From: Isurus oxyrinchus
Lineage: Eukaryota
Direction: 5' to 3'
Length of the DNA: 64,000 nucleotides
Assembly (NCBI GenBank): GCA_026770705.1
Contig: JANJGN010000035.1
Span: 8,804,001-8,868,000, forward strand
Made by a program: the position numbers and the translations under genes
Part shown: one piece after another, positions 26,621 to 40,051 of the stretch
Layout: each line of letters begins with the position of its first letter
Position numbering within the stretch: the first letter of the stretch is position 1
Notes under the pieces: model-generated
Told to the model about the DNA's origin: nothing
The model's database searches: none
The model's input: the letters and a program-made list of their open reading frames with translations, nothing else

Positions 26621-27810
26621 AAGGATGAGTTTGTTTTGGGAAAAAACGAACTAGCGAATAGTTAGATAAAAACCGTTTTGATGAAACAAATAAACTACTT
26701 TTGTGATAGCAGGGTGCTCTCCATTGATGTTCGCAAATAAACTACATGTAAGAATTAGTTTTATAATCCAAAGCAAACGGGAAAAATACAAGGCTTTAGA
26801 GCTCATAGGAACAAGATGTTGCAAAGGAGGACTTTGCTGGACCAAATCGCACAAGGAAATTTCAAGTCAATTGGCTGGATTTTAGTAGGGCGCTGGATGC
26901 TTTGACGATGCATGGCAGGGAAAAGTTATCCTGCTGGAGATCAGCGAGTATCCTTGGACTTATTCTTAAAATGCTGCATATTGGCCAGGAGATTGGTGAA
27001 GACACAACGGCTGCAAAACATTTCTCCATTTTGCCTTGTAGTGAACAGGAACAGAAACTTCATTTAGTGTGGCGGTGCTGCTAAGTAAAGTTTGATCTGT
27101 GCAGAGTTTGATTGCTTTTTGCAGAAGTCATATTACATGAAACTCGTCCTTCCACAATAATCAACAGCTGCTGTCAAATCCTTGTCTCTAAAATCCTCGG
27201 ATTCTGCAAGCATCGCACTATCCAAAAGAAACACTTGTGAATTCAAAGCCTATCAGTATCCTGGCAGGTGAATCTGAGCATCAAGAAGTGCATCCAATGC
27301 CTGGTAGGTAGAAGTCTGTGTTGACAGTCTACTGAGATTGTGCCTCATGTTAGTGAAGTTCAGATTTTATAAGGATAATATCCAGTATTCATGGCATTTT
27401 ACAGTTAATCATGTTCTTGACAAATGTGTCGAGGGTTAAAAATAAGAGCAAATTCTGCATAGGTACAGGGGTCCGAGCTGAAACTCACGATTATCAGAAA
27501 GATGAATCATGAAACCTTCGTATTGAGCTGCATAATCAATTACACAGGTCATTCAAGATGGCAAACCACTCCAATTGCAAGTTCTAATCAGTTCTGTTGA
27601 ATCAAATTAGCGGAAAATTCGAACGGTTGCATTAGGATTTCTACTTGTGAAAACTCAATTTTTGAAGCCGTCTTAAAATGGAAATTGATGTTACTTTTGT
27701 AAATTACATGTTACATTGGCCATTTAATTACAATACCCTGAAGAGATCTGAAATGTATTCAACAACAAATGTGTGACGACTGTTAAGTTTATTTTTTGGA
27801 TATGACCTAC

Positions 27811-27973
27811 CGTCTACCATCAATGATTGATCATTTTTATTTTTCTGCTTTTGCTTGGTGTTCTGCAGTTTAAGGGTTTTTCTTTCTTCCCGAGCCCCAT
27901 TTTCAAGCAAGGTATTAAGAATGACCTGGCAAGCCTCCTTCCGTTCATGACTTTCACCTAGGTTTCTGATTTT
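27811..27973 (-). CDS. NLR gene exon (163 nt, phase 0-1), second half of CARD-like death fold: KIRNLGESHERKEACQVILNTLLENGAREERKTLKLQNTKQKQKNKNDQSLMVD
   Basis: Acceptor atcttctactttcag|AAAATC, donor GACG|gtaggt; EACQVILNTLLENG fits the CARD helix-5 pattern (A.xLLxxLxxKG); phase joins the NACHT exon. Confidence 0.75.
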
Positions 27974-29072
27974 CTGAAAGTAGAAGATATTCCTTTTGCA
28001 ATTACAAAAACAATGCACTGAGTCAAACAAAAACGTTTGTTGTCTCTTTAACTCTCCGTCACTGCTTATCTGCGCTCCACTCCACCTCTCCCTCTCTCGC
28101 GATATCTCTCTCAGGGACGAATTAACAGCACACCATCATTTAGAGAGGGAGCATCCTTACTCAACGAGTTATGTTATAAGAAGCCGCTCAATGGAACTAA
28201 AAGGCATGGAGACCATCTTTAGTCCTAGTCTTATACTTTAGTGGCCAAGCAGCTGAATAGTCAAACCTGGGAGACGTATTTGTAATTGGCGTTAAATGTC
28301 AACAGTTAGCAGCATTCATTCTTATGGCCATTAGTATTATGGGAAGCAAACAGCGGAGCTTCGGAAAATAAAATTGCACAGGACAAAAGTCATGAAGATG
28401 AAAGTGAAGTCATTGGTCTCTTCCAGTACAAACGAATTTATATAGAATCCATTGTTCATTTTACAACGCGACCCATCTTAATTGTTAGTAACCAAAATAA
28501 GTTAGCAATTATTCTCATGTTTCTACGTTATTCATCGAAATATTAAAAACAACTTACCATACAAACTTCAATATTCTCAAAACACTTTTTTCTTTTACAA
28601 TCTGTTTTATTTCGACATGATTACAACATGCATCGCTTCATTCAAATTATTTCGTCATTCATTCAATCAACCCTGCAATTTCAAATGATTTGCTTCAACG
28701 CAAAATGCCCAATGGTTTCCTGATTTTAAAATGGAATTAGCCTACAAATGCACTTCTAATATTTAGTACATATATCATTTCCGAAGCATGTTCGGAACAT
28801 TTTAATTTTTGCAGCTTTTTTTCGCTTGTAATTCGTTCTTCCTGTGTGAATATTGTCTACTCTTTTAAAATTGTAAATATTGATGCTATTGAGAGTTGCC
28901 GTCTCAATCAAGCAATTAGTTTCATTTTATAAAAAGTTATTATTTTCACTGAAATTCGTTATTTGGGATGCCTATGTTTGCAATACCAGATATCTTACCA
29001 GATTTCATGTGAATCCTAATGCTAGCACAGTCTCCCTCTTAACCTTATATCATACATAAGCAATTGTTTCTC

Positions 29073-29227
29073 NNNNNNNNNNNNNNNNNNNNNNNNNNNN
29101 NNNNNNNNNNNNNNNNNNNNNNNNNNNNNNNNNNNNNNNNNNNNNNNNNNNNNNNNNNNNNNNNNNNNNNNNNNNNNNNNNNNNNNNNNNNNNNNNNNNN
29201 NNNNNNNNNNNNNNNNNNNNNNNNNNN
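29073..29227. other. Assembly gap (155 N) inside an NLR intron
   Basis: Run of N. Confidence 1.
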
Positions 29228-30989
29228 CCAATGTTTCTAGTAACAACTTGCTGAATTATTCATTTTGTTGCAGCTTAGGTGTTCCTTACGATCCCTGAGT
29301 TTGAGTTAATTGCTGCATTTACAGGAAAACATTTATGTCTGCTTGCCAGATTTTAGTAAAGAAGACACACTACGTAATTAGTTCGATTTGAATGTACGCA
29401 ATGCAAGCCATTTGTCAGAGGAAATTAAGGGTTAACTGCCTCTGAACTCCAGAATGTATGCAATGTTAAATTTTCCAATGATAATTCCATTTGTTCTCAA
29501 GATACGTTGATTCAACTCATTCCTTTCGGATCTGAGCATAGTTTGGCATGTGATTGGCAAAACTTTCACCTATTGCTTACCTATCCAAGCTCTCGTTCTG
29601 GTTTGGGATTACTGCAATTTAACTGCCTTCAGAGAGCAGCATGTGACCACTCCTCAATTTCAAACTGTTAATTGGGACTGTTAATAATCCTGTAATGAAT
29701 GCTCACAAACTAATAGACGAATGTACAAGTGTGTTTGTCGAGCAAAATAGCTAGGAGACAAAATTGGAATCATCGAGCCTGATTAAAAAGTCCTGTGGAT
29801 GCTGCAGGCCTGATGTAAAAAATGAAACTGCCGAAAAAGTTAGGGCCTGTCTGCCTCTCTGGGGAGTGGAACAGAGCTATCATTTCGAGTTGAGTATTAC
29901 AAGTATTTGTATCTGGAATGAGTAAGGAATGCGATGTTTTTGTAAAAAATGCATGTGAGGCTGTAGGAAAAAAAAACACATGTCAGGGAGCGGTTGGAGG
30001 GCTGGTGAGTTTCAATGCCAAAGTTGTCATGCAAAATAGGGAGAGGAGCGTGACAATGGTCATTAAGACTCAAATAATTAGGCCAGATTATGTGTTAATA
30101 GCAGTAGTTACATCCGTGCTGCCCAAATGCCAAATGGCAGAATGCGTTAAGAACATGTGCTGCGACACACGAGGTAACATTAAAAATTAATTTTGTTTAC
30201 AAAGCACTATGGGAATCGAGAGCAAAGGTGAATACATCATGGAAGTAGGCAGTATGTGTTGCTCGTTTGTGTCTGGGATAGGTGAGATGATTCGAGGTGT
30301 TACAATGGAATGAGTGTCGAGGGATTCGGGTTGTCAGTCGGAAGTGAGGGAATTCGGCGGGTGGCCGGGGTGAGGGTTTACCTGGAGCATGGTCTGGGTC
30401 TCAAGAACGGATTTAGAGGGTCCAGATGGGTGCCAGGGGTCAGTAATATAATTGCAGTTGGAAGTAATGTTCTTCCTTCTATGCAATAGGATTTTACGAA
30501 GTATCCACCCTTTGAATGATTCCAGGCACAGTTAAATTGTGCATTGGGTTTTAAATTCCCTGAGCGATTCCCATGAAGTTCTTGTGTCGCTCATTCTGCC
30601 GGACTGACACGGGAGGTTGGGGGATGCAGGGAAGCATGGTTCGAATGGCACCTTATCTGCAGGAAACCAGCGGTGTACAACAGGCGGGTACAACCAACTA
30701 GGGAAGTTTTGGGCTAATTACCTTAAATGACCCTCAGTGCCAACGAATGTCATTAAACGCTATTCAAAAAAGTGTGTCCGAGTTGCTGCTGCGGACTAAT
30801 CGGACAAATATCAATGGAAGCTTAGAAAATTATGTCAAGCTCTTCCAATCTATCGGCATCCATATTCTTATTTGCATGAGTTTCAAGCTGCCATTATCGG
30901 GCGAGTTAAGCAGTCCAGGCTTCACCCTAAGTTCAAGAATTGTGGTGCATTTCAGAACATCTTGCAATACTTCAGCACTTTGTTCTTAA

Positions 30990-31250
30990 GCATTTTTAGA
31001 AAATATTCAGAAAGCATTAAAGCACTGGCCTTCGGCTCTGAGTGTAACACACCATCATTGTCACTAAGAAATCAGACCGAGACCAATGCTACCTGGTTAT
31101 GGTTTGCATGCTGATTGAAGAAGATTGGGTTCTCTTTTATCTTAAGTGCCATTCCATCTCCAACTATCTCCTTATCATTCCTATTTCCTCTTCGAATTTT
31201 GCTTCCACTAATTGCATTTGATCTGAACCTCGCTTGCTGAATCTTCCAGA
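30990..31250 (-). mobile_element. Decayed CR1 ORF2 fragment
   Basis: KIRRG...KIKENPIFF...*FLSDNDGVLHSEPKASALMLSEYF matches the CR1 linker pattern KIKENPKxFY...GPLxDxxGxL...LNEYF. Confidence 0.65.
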
Positions 31251-31780
31251 CAGAATAAAATGTTCTGTTCCTTTGTATCATCATAGTCTCCGTCCCCTGC
31301 ATCGTGCCAGAATCCCTGGTTTGAAATTTCAATCGCTGCCTCGCTCATATAAATGTGCCTATAGATGTGACATGCTACTCTCCTTAAAGATCACTCTCAT
31401 TGATTTATTTGAATATTTTCTTTATTATTATTATCACTTTTTCTATTTTACTCAAGTTCTATTGCTTATCATCCGAGTGAGGTTAACCTGACTGCAATAT
31501 AAAATGTTTAATTTAGATTGTTCTTCCATCATTGTCATTTTTAAACTTGAAACATATGACGAAAGCATGAGAGGTACTTAGTCCACTTGGCCCCGTTGGG
31601 CAAAGCCTTGCCCATTATTTGGGTCCGAAACGTCACCTATATAGATGGAACGAGAACAACTTGGACAATTGTGCTGCTGCCCCTCCTCAGAATTATTTAT
31701 TTTGTGAATAAATTCTACGCTTTATTTGAAAAATTGCATTTCTGCTTCTCTTATTACATGATGGCATGCTGAATTCATGC

Positions 31781-31920
31781 AAAATTACGTGGAAAAACAC
31801 AGCAGGTCTGGCAGCATCTGTGGCGAAAAAAAGAGTTGATGTTTCGAGTCCTCATGACCAGAACTAGGCGAATGCCCGGAAGGGCTGAAATATAAGCTGG
31901 TAAAAGGTGGTGGTGCGGGT

Positions 31921-31954
<34 letters not shown>

Positions 31955-33328
31955 GGGGTGGGGGGGGGGTGCTTGGGTGGGGGGAGAGAAGTGGAGGGTG
32001 GTGGTGTGCTCGTAGGCAAAAGCAGTGATAGATGCAGATCATCAAAAGATGTCACAGATGGCAGATGAAAAGAACACATAGGTGTTAAAGTTGGTGATGT
32101 TATCTAAACGAATGTGCTAATTAAGAATGGACGGTAGGGCACTCAAGGTATAGCTCTAGTGGGGGTGGAGGGAGCATAAAAGATTTTAAAATATTTAAAA
32201 AGGATCATCCTCCGCAATTTCTGCCAACTACAGCATGATGCCACAACCAAACACATCTTCCCATCATCCCACTGTCGGCATTCCGTCTGGACCATTCCCT
32301 CCGGTACACCCTGGTCCACTCCTCCATCACCCCCTACTCCCCAACCCCACCTATGGCACCACCCCATGCCCAAGCAAAAATGTAACACCTGCCACTTCAC
32401 TTCCTATTTCCTCACCGTCCAAGGGCCCAAACATTCCTTTCAAGTGAAGCTACATTTCTCTTGCATTTCCCACAACTTAGTGTACTGCATCCATTGCTCC
32501 CAATGTGGTCTCAGCTACATTGGAGAGAACAAACGTAAACTGGGCGACCGCTTTGCAGAAGACCTGCGGTCTGTCCACAGAATAAACCAAACCTCCCTGT
32601 CGCTTGCCATTTCAGCACTCCACCCTGCTCTCTTGCCCACATGTGTGTCTTTGGCTTGCTGCATTGCTCCAGTGAAGCCCAAAGCAAACTAGAGGAACAA
32701 CACCTCATTTTCGACTAGGCATTTTTAAAGACTTCTGGACTGAATATTGAATTCAACAACTTTAGGTCTTGACCTCACTCCTCCATCCACACCCTTCCCC
32801 CCACCCCCCACCCCCGTTTCTTCCCCCTTCCTTTTGTTTTTTCCAATAAATTATATAGATTTTTCTTTTTCCCTCCTATTTCCATTATATTTAAATATTT
32901 TAAAATCTTTTATGCTCCCCCACCCCCACTTGAGCTATACCTTGAGTGCCCTACCATCCATTCTAAATTAGCACATTCGTTTCGATAATATCACCAACTT
33001 CGACACCTATGTGTTCTTTTGTTCCGCCGTCTGTTACATCTTTTGTTGATCTGCTTCTATCACTGCTTTTGCCTACAACCACACCACCCCCATCCACTTT
33101 TCTCCCCCCCCCCCCCCCCCCATCACTCCCCCCCCCACCCCTCCCAGCACGTTAAACCAACTTATATTTCAACACTTCCTGGGATTCACCTAGTTCTGTT
33201 GAAGGGTCATGAGGACTCGAAACGTCAACTCTTTTCTTCTACACCGATGCTGCCGGACTGCTGCGTTTTTCCAGGTAATATTGCTTTTGTTTTGGATTTC
33301 CAGCATCCGCAGTTTTTTTGTTTTTATC
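31781..33328 (+). mobile_element. Young Penelope-like insertion: 5'-truncated GIY-YIG segment with inverted terminal copy and 14-bp target-site duplication
   Basis: HSFQVKLHFSCISHNLVYCIHCSQCGLSYIGENKRKLGDRFAEDLRSV (GIY-YIG); ~31790-32200 is the reverse complement of ~32890-33275; tgctgaattcatgc at 31767-31780 and 33329-33342. Confidence 0.9.
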
Positions 33329-33399
33329 TGCTGAATTCATGCGTTTAGCGTGATGATTCTCAATTTACTTCGAAACTCAAACTATGCCCCAGAGCAATG

Positions 33400-35470
33400 G
33401 TGCATTTTTAATGTCACTGGATTTTAAGTCCAGTCACCGATGCTAATTGGCTCCGTAGTAAGGATTAAAATAAGACCATGGCAGCTGGTAAAATATAAAT
33501 TCCAATGAATCTAATAATAAAGTGATGTCTCAGTACCCTGATCCTGGATCCATATTCATTAGAGCTCATCTTCTTCACTAATGCATTTTAGTGAAGGTTA
33601 CCTGCCGTCCTGATGTGATCCAGCAAGCACATGATTCCAGGCACAAAGAAATATTGCTGACTCTTAACTGGTATTTCAAACACATTACCAAGCCAAACAG
33701 TTTAATCAAACTACTGCCGAAGCATAAACGGACTGAAAAGGGATGGATCATGTGACTTTGTTCCACACATTGTAAACGCCGATGGCAAGCCCAACAATGC
33801 ATAGCTAACACGTCCTCATTATTAACATCTGGAAGCTTGTGCCAAAGTTGGGAGAGAGCTCCCACTGGTTGATCAGGAAGCAGCCAGCTGTAGTTAAATA
33901 TACAACGCATTGGCAATTTCCCAGACAGGACCATCAACGATCCTGGAACATCCTGATAAATCAGAGAGAACAGACACAGCAGATTTGGCGGAGCAGTCAG
34001 AAAGTTGCTGTCATGGGGGTCCTCAACATCGAATGTTTGAAATCTTATGGGTTCAGGCCAAAATCGAGAGGTTACATTCTTTTGCTTACATTGTGCCACA
34101 CACTCATTCCCGGTCTCCATCCACCCAACAACCCTCCACCCCAGACCAGCCCTGTGAGCTCAATCAGAACTAATCAATTTCGAAAAGCAAATACAAGAGA
34201 AATTGAGGTTGGAAAGAGTGCAAAATGTAAATATGGTGGAAAAATTCATTGAGCATTACCAAGCTACGCTCAGTAGACCAACCACTGACTGATTTGGCCA
34301 AGTCCTGAAGGACACCTTTGCTAGTCTGTGCATGTTGAAGGTGCTGAGTGAAATAAGAAAAGGTTAAATTCCCATTGAAGAATGGTACCTCTATTTCTCT
34401 CTGCAGATGCTGTCAGACCTGATGGTTTTTTGCAAATATTTAAATTTTTGTTTAAAATCCACTTGACCTTCCCCTGAGCAATATACCAACTGCAGATGCA
34501 CCTGTCCATGACAGTAGCTCTCGGTGTGACTAGAACACACTCCTTATGGCGACAAAGTCAGTTGTTCACGTTGTGCATTCCCTCCATCGTGTTGTATGGC
34601 ATTGCCATCGTGGAACATAAGATATTTGATGAACAGATCTAGGATCGCATACCTGGTCAGCTATTTTGCTTTGTGGGCCATAAATTGTAGCAGAATTATA
34701 TACAAGCGCAATTAGTCATGTGATGGCCAGGCATCTCTACCTCTCTAACATTATGATCATGCACAGTGATCAACCCTGGCTCAAAGAAAATTGCATAAGG
34801 GCATGTCAGGGTCAACATCCGGTGTGCCCAAAGAGTTTCGGGAAATGTGGTGATGTTGCTGCGCAGGAATAACTTCATACCCAAGTGGTGGCTGCATGCA
34901 AAAGACAGAGCGAAATGTTCCCCTAGTTAACGTCTTAGCTCGACGATCTTCAGCACTGCAACATTCAGTCGTGAATGATATTGGGCAACTAAACAACGAA
35001 CAGGAGGAGGAGGCTCCACAAATATCCCCATTCCATTGAGGAGGGGGGGTGTGGTGAAACAAACACATCAATGCAAGAGACGAACCTGAAACATTTGATA
35101 CCAATCGACCAGAATTGCGGAGCGGGTGTTGCATTTCACCCTCTTCCTGAGGTCCCCAGCAACACAGATTCAATTCATCAGCCTGTTAGCTTCACTCCTC
35201 TGGATATCAAGATGTGGTTGATATTGTCAGCAATATTAATGAAGCTGTGTTCTCTGCAGGTTAGTCAGGCACTGAGCCAAGCATTTTCAGTACACTTACA
35301 GCATCAGAATATATTTTTCAATGTTGAAAGTCTCCTGCAGCTTACCATAACAATGACCTTCCGGCCATGATATGATCAAAACTGAAATGGTGGCTGATGG
35401 TTGCGAAATGTTCAGCACAATTGTGGCTCCTCCGACACGGAAACAGTTCCTGTTAACATGCAGCAATTCC
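33400..35470 (+). mobile_element. Decayed LINE (CR1/L2-like) 5' and middle fragments, with a small Penelope tail near 34380-34450
   Basis: Shares blocks with 38990-40050 and 43510-43800 (ggaggaggctccacaaatatcccc, gcaagagac..ctgaa.catttg). Confidence 0.6.
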
Positions 35471-36496
35471 TGGGATACATTTGGGCTTGTGCTGAGGGAA
35501 GTACCTTTCCCGCCATACTGTTACGCTACATTGTGTGGTTCTGATTGTTACCTTCCTGCAGACAAAAGAATATCTGATCATGTGGGGTCGTCTGTGGAAG
35601 TTACAATAAAGGAATAACCATTTGCAATTAGCCTGACTCTTCAGCTCGTACATACTGCTAAAGGTCAAAAAGGATTTTCCCGCTTCCAATGGGAGATTGG
35701 AGGAATATACATTTTGTTATACGTTAATTTTGTTTCATGTACCTCCGTAGGTGACTCATGTTATACATTGCTCTGTTGTAATCGCTTGTTTAATCAGAGT
35801 GAAAGTCGAAACTTATACTGGCCAGCAACTGCTAACCGAGGTAACGTACAAATGGTAAAAGAAGAAAACGGGCCCCAGTAAGGAAAGCATGCATACAATT
35901 CCAGTAGTAGTGCAGAATCTGGGACGGCCTTAAGTTTACCAAAGTCATATTGTACAATATATTGCCCTTAGAAATGCGGTTCCTCTTCGATAGAATTGTT
36001 TGTCTGCATTAAATGTAAATTATAATTTTAAATTAGGAGTTAGGCTGTTGAACAGATCGCTCAAGTCGCAATATGTTCAGACGCTTTACCTTAACAAATG
36101 CTGAGGTTGAACACTCTGCATGGCTCGGAAAACAATCTGAATATTGCCTTCTAGTGATAGATATTTAGTGCACCACGTTTCGAGGTTTGAACTCCAAACG
36201 CATGCACTGGCGGTTTTTTATTATTCAGTTATCCCTCAGACGTCCTTACAGTGGAAATTAATACATTAAATTAAATTTATTGAACAAATTAATTTGCCTG
36301 AAATATGTCCCGGAATAGCAATGGCAAATTTTCATGATATTGGTAAAGTTTTTAAACTCACCATCATTCTTCAAGTTACACCACTGTTGCTTAAAATAGT
36401 GATAATGCTATTGTTTGCAAAGAATAAATGTAATCTAACACATTCAGCCGTATTATTCATCTAACGCAATAAGGCTCCAAAATAAATGTAACACAC

Positions 36497-36660
36497 CTTC
36501 TGCTCATTGAGCATAGCCGATTGGAAACAGCTCTGAAATACATGCTCAACGAATTTTTGAGTTTCCAATTCCAATGCTTGGCGGTAGGATTCGATATTTA
36601 TATAGCGTTTAGTATTCGTGCGGCTCGGTCCTTTAGAATGCTCATCGATAACTGCACATT
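36497..36660 (-). CDS. NLR gene exon (164 nt, phase 1-0), first half of CARD-like fold: (E)CAVIDEHSKGPSRTNTKRYINIESYRQALELETQKFVEHVFQSCFQSAMLNEQK
   Basis: Very strong acceptor tattcttttttacacctttacag|AA, donor AAG|gtgtgt; open frame; bridges the phase-1 TM exon to the phase-0 exon at 27973; YRQAL...V..V......ML.E resembles CARD helices 1-3; absent from the ORF track. Confidence 0.72.
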
Positions 36661-37299
36661 CTGTAAAGGTGTAAAAAAGAATAGATTGTTATACAGGCCC
36701 CGACTGAGAAAGGTAATTTCGCTGAACCAGGTGCTTTGGGCGGAAATTGTTCAGCCTTTAAAGATGTTCAAGGCCCATGGACCCATGCAGTGGAGAGGCT
36801 AAGTATAACGTGTATCCTTTGGGTACAATAAAGAATAGAAATTTTGGAATTTCATTATTTCAATTTTGTTTAAATTAGTGCCTGATAGAGAGATGGGAGC
36901 CCATAGGATGATACTTCTAACCATTCAGTTTGAATATTGTGACTGGTGCCCGGAACAGACGATTAGAAAATCAAGAACACAGATAGCGCGACGGAAAGCC
37001 AACAGAAAAAGTGTACATAAAATTGATAGGATACCGAATGTGAAATATGAAGTTTTCGCAAATACACAGGAACAGCTTATAAAAAAATGTTGGGGCGAAG
37101 GCTGATTTTGCATTTAAACAACAAAGCTCTGGAAGAGCTGCAGTTTATAAGCAACAAAGTCCAACGTCCTTTCGAAACTCGGCAAAAGAACACTGACATT
37201 ATAAAGATTTATAAACACCGTATATCCATATAGCCAGTAAATGAATCTAACATTATTTGGAATGCTGATCAAATAGACCTTTTATGTAACGGCCGTTTG

Positions 37300-38760
37300 C
37301 TTCCCTCGTTTGTAAATGGAATATTCATCAAGTTTACCATTAATCTGCATTCCTCTCTCGATATCATATGCCCCAGCCCTGCTCCTTCTGATGCCATCCA
37401 TAACTGTTCTGTCTCAATTTCCGGTGATAGAATGTTTAATATTAACCAAAACAAGCTCACCTACTCCCACAGCTGGCTCGGCCACCTCCTCACACCCTTA
37501 ATAATATAAACACGCCATTCCATTCTTCCGGTTTCATCGTCTCCATCTCTTCTGTTCTGATGAAGTTGTCTTCAAAAACGGCGCTTCTTAGACGATTTTC
37601 ATTTTTTCTGCTGAGGAATTCCCCGAACCCGCCCACTGTGGTTTCCAGGACACTCGATTGTATCCAACCAATTTCCAATACTTTTGCACCCACCCTTTGC
37701 TCTCCCTCCAGAAAGCGATAATAGCGTACACTTGCCCGGACTTTGCACACAACGGACTCCAGTTTCAAATGATAAATGGCTACCTTTTCTGCCAAAGATA
37801 ACTTGTAAATTCCGCAAAATGCCTCTACTCTCCAAATTCCCTTTAACATTCAATAGAGACCGTTCACTCCATGAAACACTGGTCCAATCCTCCAACAACA
37901 CCGCGAATCCTTTCCCTGGAGTCTTCCCGTGCAATCTCAGGAGATCTCAGCTGCCCGTTTACCTCGAACATCCCCTCTACTTCCAAAGCCCCAAACACCC
38001 CTTGTAGGTGCTACTTGCAGTTCCTTGTACTTATTTCAATTTAGTCAATGTATTCACTGCTCAAAACGCAGTTCTCCCCTAAACTGGGGAAAGAAAACAC
38101 CGAGGAGCTGCCCGCTTTGCTGAACGCCTCAGCTCAGTCACCAAGCACGATCACAACCATCCTGTGGCCAACCATGACAGTTCACAATTTTGCTGTATGC
38201 GCGCATGTCTATCCTCGGCCTCTTAACATTTTCCAGTGAAGACCATGGCAAGCTGATAAGCAGAATCTCAGCTTCACATTACGCAAATTACAGGATCCGG
38301 GAGTCAACACTGAATTTAATGACTTCAGAATAATAAATCTCTCCGCCATTTTGCCCCTTCCCCCGGTTTCCCCAGTCTCCCAGCCTCCTGCCATCCTCCG
38401 AACTCTCATAAGTGCCTCCTTCCTATTCTGTTTCGCTGCTTTGCTTTCAGGCAGTGCTGAAATTTATTCAGCAATTAATTCCAAATATACTCCTTATAGA
38501 AATTACAACATGCCCTTGTTCTTGCGTTCCATGACATACAATAGGATTGTCTCTCTCTGCGCTGAAAACTGTCCCTGATTACTCAGTTTTGTCCCTCATG
38601 CTGCTCCCACTTTTTTCACCAGTATGAAAGATATCACATTTGCAACTTTCTACTACTGAAAAAAGTTAGACACAATATGTTTAATCATATATGATTCTCC
38701 ATAAATGCTGCCCGAGCTGCCAGGTTTTTATCCCAAATTTTCCTTCTTCATTTGATTCTA
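37300..38760 (+). mobile_element. Decayed Penelope-like element (RT end plus GIY-YIG plus tail)
   Basis: PLTFNRDRSLHETLVQSS...PGVFPCN and CSSLYLFQFSQCIHCSKR resemble the copy at 32200-32700. Confidence 0.75.
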
Positions 38761-40051
38761 TCCCCTTGATATTTAATGTCGGATATCATCTGTTATTTTA
38801 ACTATTCACTGAGAGCGTGATTTGTTACGTTGGGAATAAGAAAGAACAAATAGTGTATGAAAATTGAAGAATGAAACTTTCAAAGTAGTTGACCCTCAAA
38901 TCGCAATTCAAATAGTCTAACAGGCTAAATTTTGTATCAAGCAGCAAATATGTTGAAATGAATGAAGCCATTAGAAATCCTGGCATTGGTCGGGCTTCGA
39001 GAACAAATGCCATACCATGCAAAATACACATTACTAACATGTGTGTCGTGTGCCCAGATCTGAAGTTCCACAGACTAGCCAGACAGCAGCCTGACACAAT
39101 CATACTCGCGGAATCATATCTCATGGACAATGCCCCAAACATCGCCCTCATCACCCTTGGGTATGTCCTATTTCACCGAAAGGCAGATTCACCAAACGGT
39201 GTGCTGCTCTGACATACAAGCAGCAGAAAGTTGCGTGGGAGGCAAACATATTGATTCTGGAACATAAGAAGTTTCAAAGAATCTTGTGAAGTTCCACCTC
39301 CTACTGATTTACCGATACCGCTCAGCCTCAGCTGATGAATCAGTTCTCTTCCATGCTGAGCACAAATTGGAAGAAGCGCTGACAGTTGCCGGGCAAAGGT
39401 TATACTACTGGACAACCATGTGAATCAACAACAGTGGCTCGGCTGCAAAACGTCTCACTGAAGTGGCCGAAAAATAAAAGAAAAGAATAAAGTTCTGGCT
39501 GTTGCAGGTGGTGAGGGAACAAATAAGAGAGGAAAATACTTGTTCGTCCCTCACCAATCAACCTGCTGCGGTTGTATTTGTCCAAGAGAGTATCTGCAGG
39601 AGTGATCACAGCACAGCTATTCCGTAGAAAAAAAAAGTCTGCCCTAAAATTGGAGGATAACGTCCATGTGTGGTACAGCAGTTCAATGAGGGATGGATTT
39701 AGAACAAATGTAGCATCTTCAAATGAAGATGCATGAGATGCACTGAGCCATCAGCTGCAGTAGAATGTTTTCAACGACAAAATACCACATCATGTACTGA
39801 CAGATCCCATAATCTACCATTATCACCTGGGATCCTCCCAGGCTCACTGATTGTGGCAGGAAACCATTTTTTGCTGTAGCACCAGACATGGTAATCAATG
39901 CAGTATCAGACTGAAGCAGCAGCAACTCAGAACATCTGCATGGTGAGTATTGGAGGCAGCATGAGATAGACAGGGCTAAATGATCACAAAAGCAACGGCC
40001 AGATCTATTTTTTGTAGTTTTGACAGGTCTAGTCGTGACTGGTGGTGAACA

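Noticed and set aside
28557-29690. Strong minus-strand donors (gtaagt ~28557, gtaaga ~28998, gtaagc ~29580) around the gap as extra exons
   Set aside because: Candidate frames contain stops, and the model closes in frame without them; an exon hidden in the 155-N gap cannot be excluded
31072-31332. Minus-strand ORF with apparent splice sites (KIKENPIFFNQHANHNQ|gtagca) as an NLR N-terminal exon
   Set aside because: Matches the CR1 ORF2 linker (KIKENPK...LNEYF), the homology continues through a stop codon, and its phase does not fit
31864-32079. Poly-proline ORFs
   Set aside because: Translation of the poly-G tract in the Penelope terminal repeat
35751-35840. Plus-strand 90-nt exon-like segment (ccgtag|...GAG|gtaacg)
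   Set aside because: Isolated, no partner exons or recognisable peptide; such sites are expected by chance
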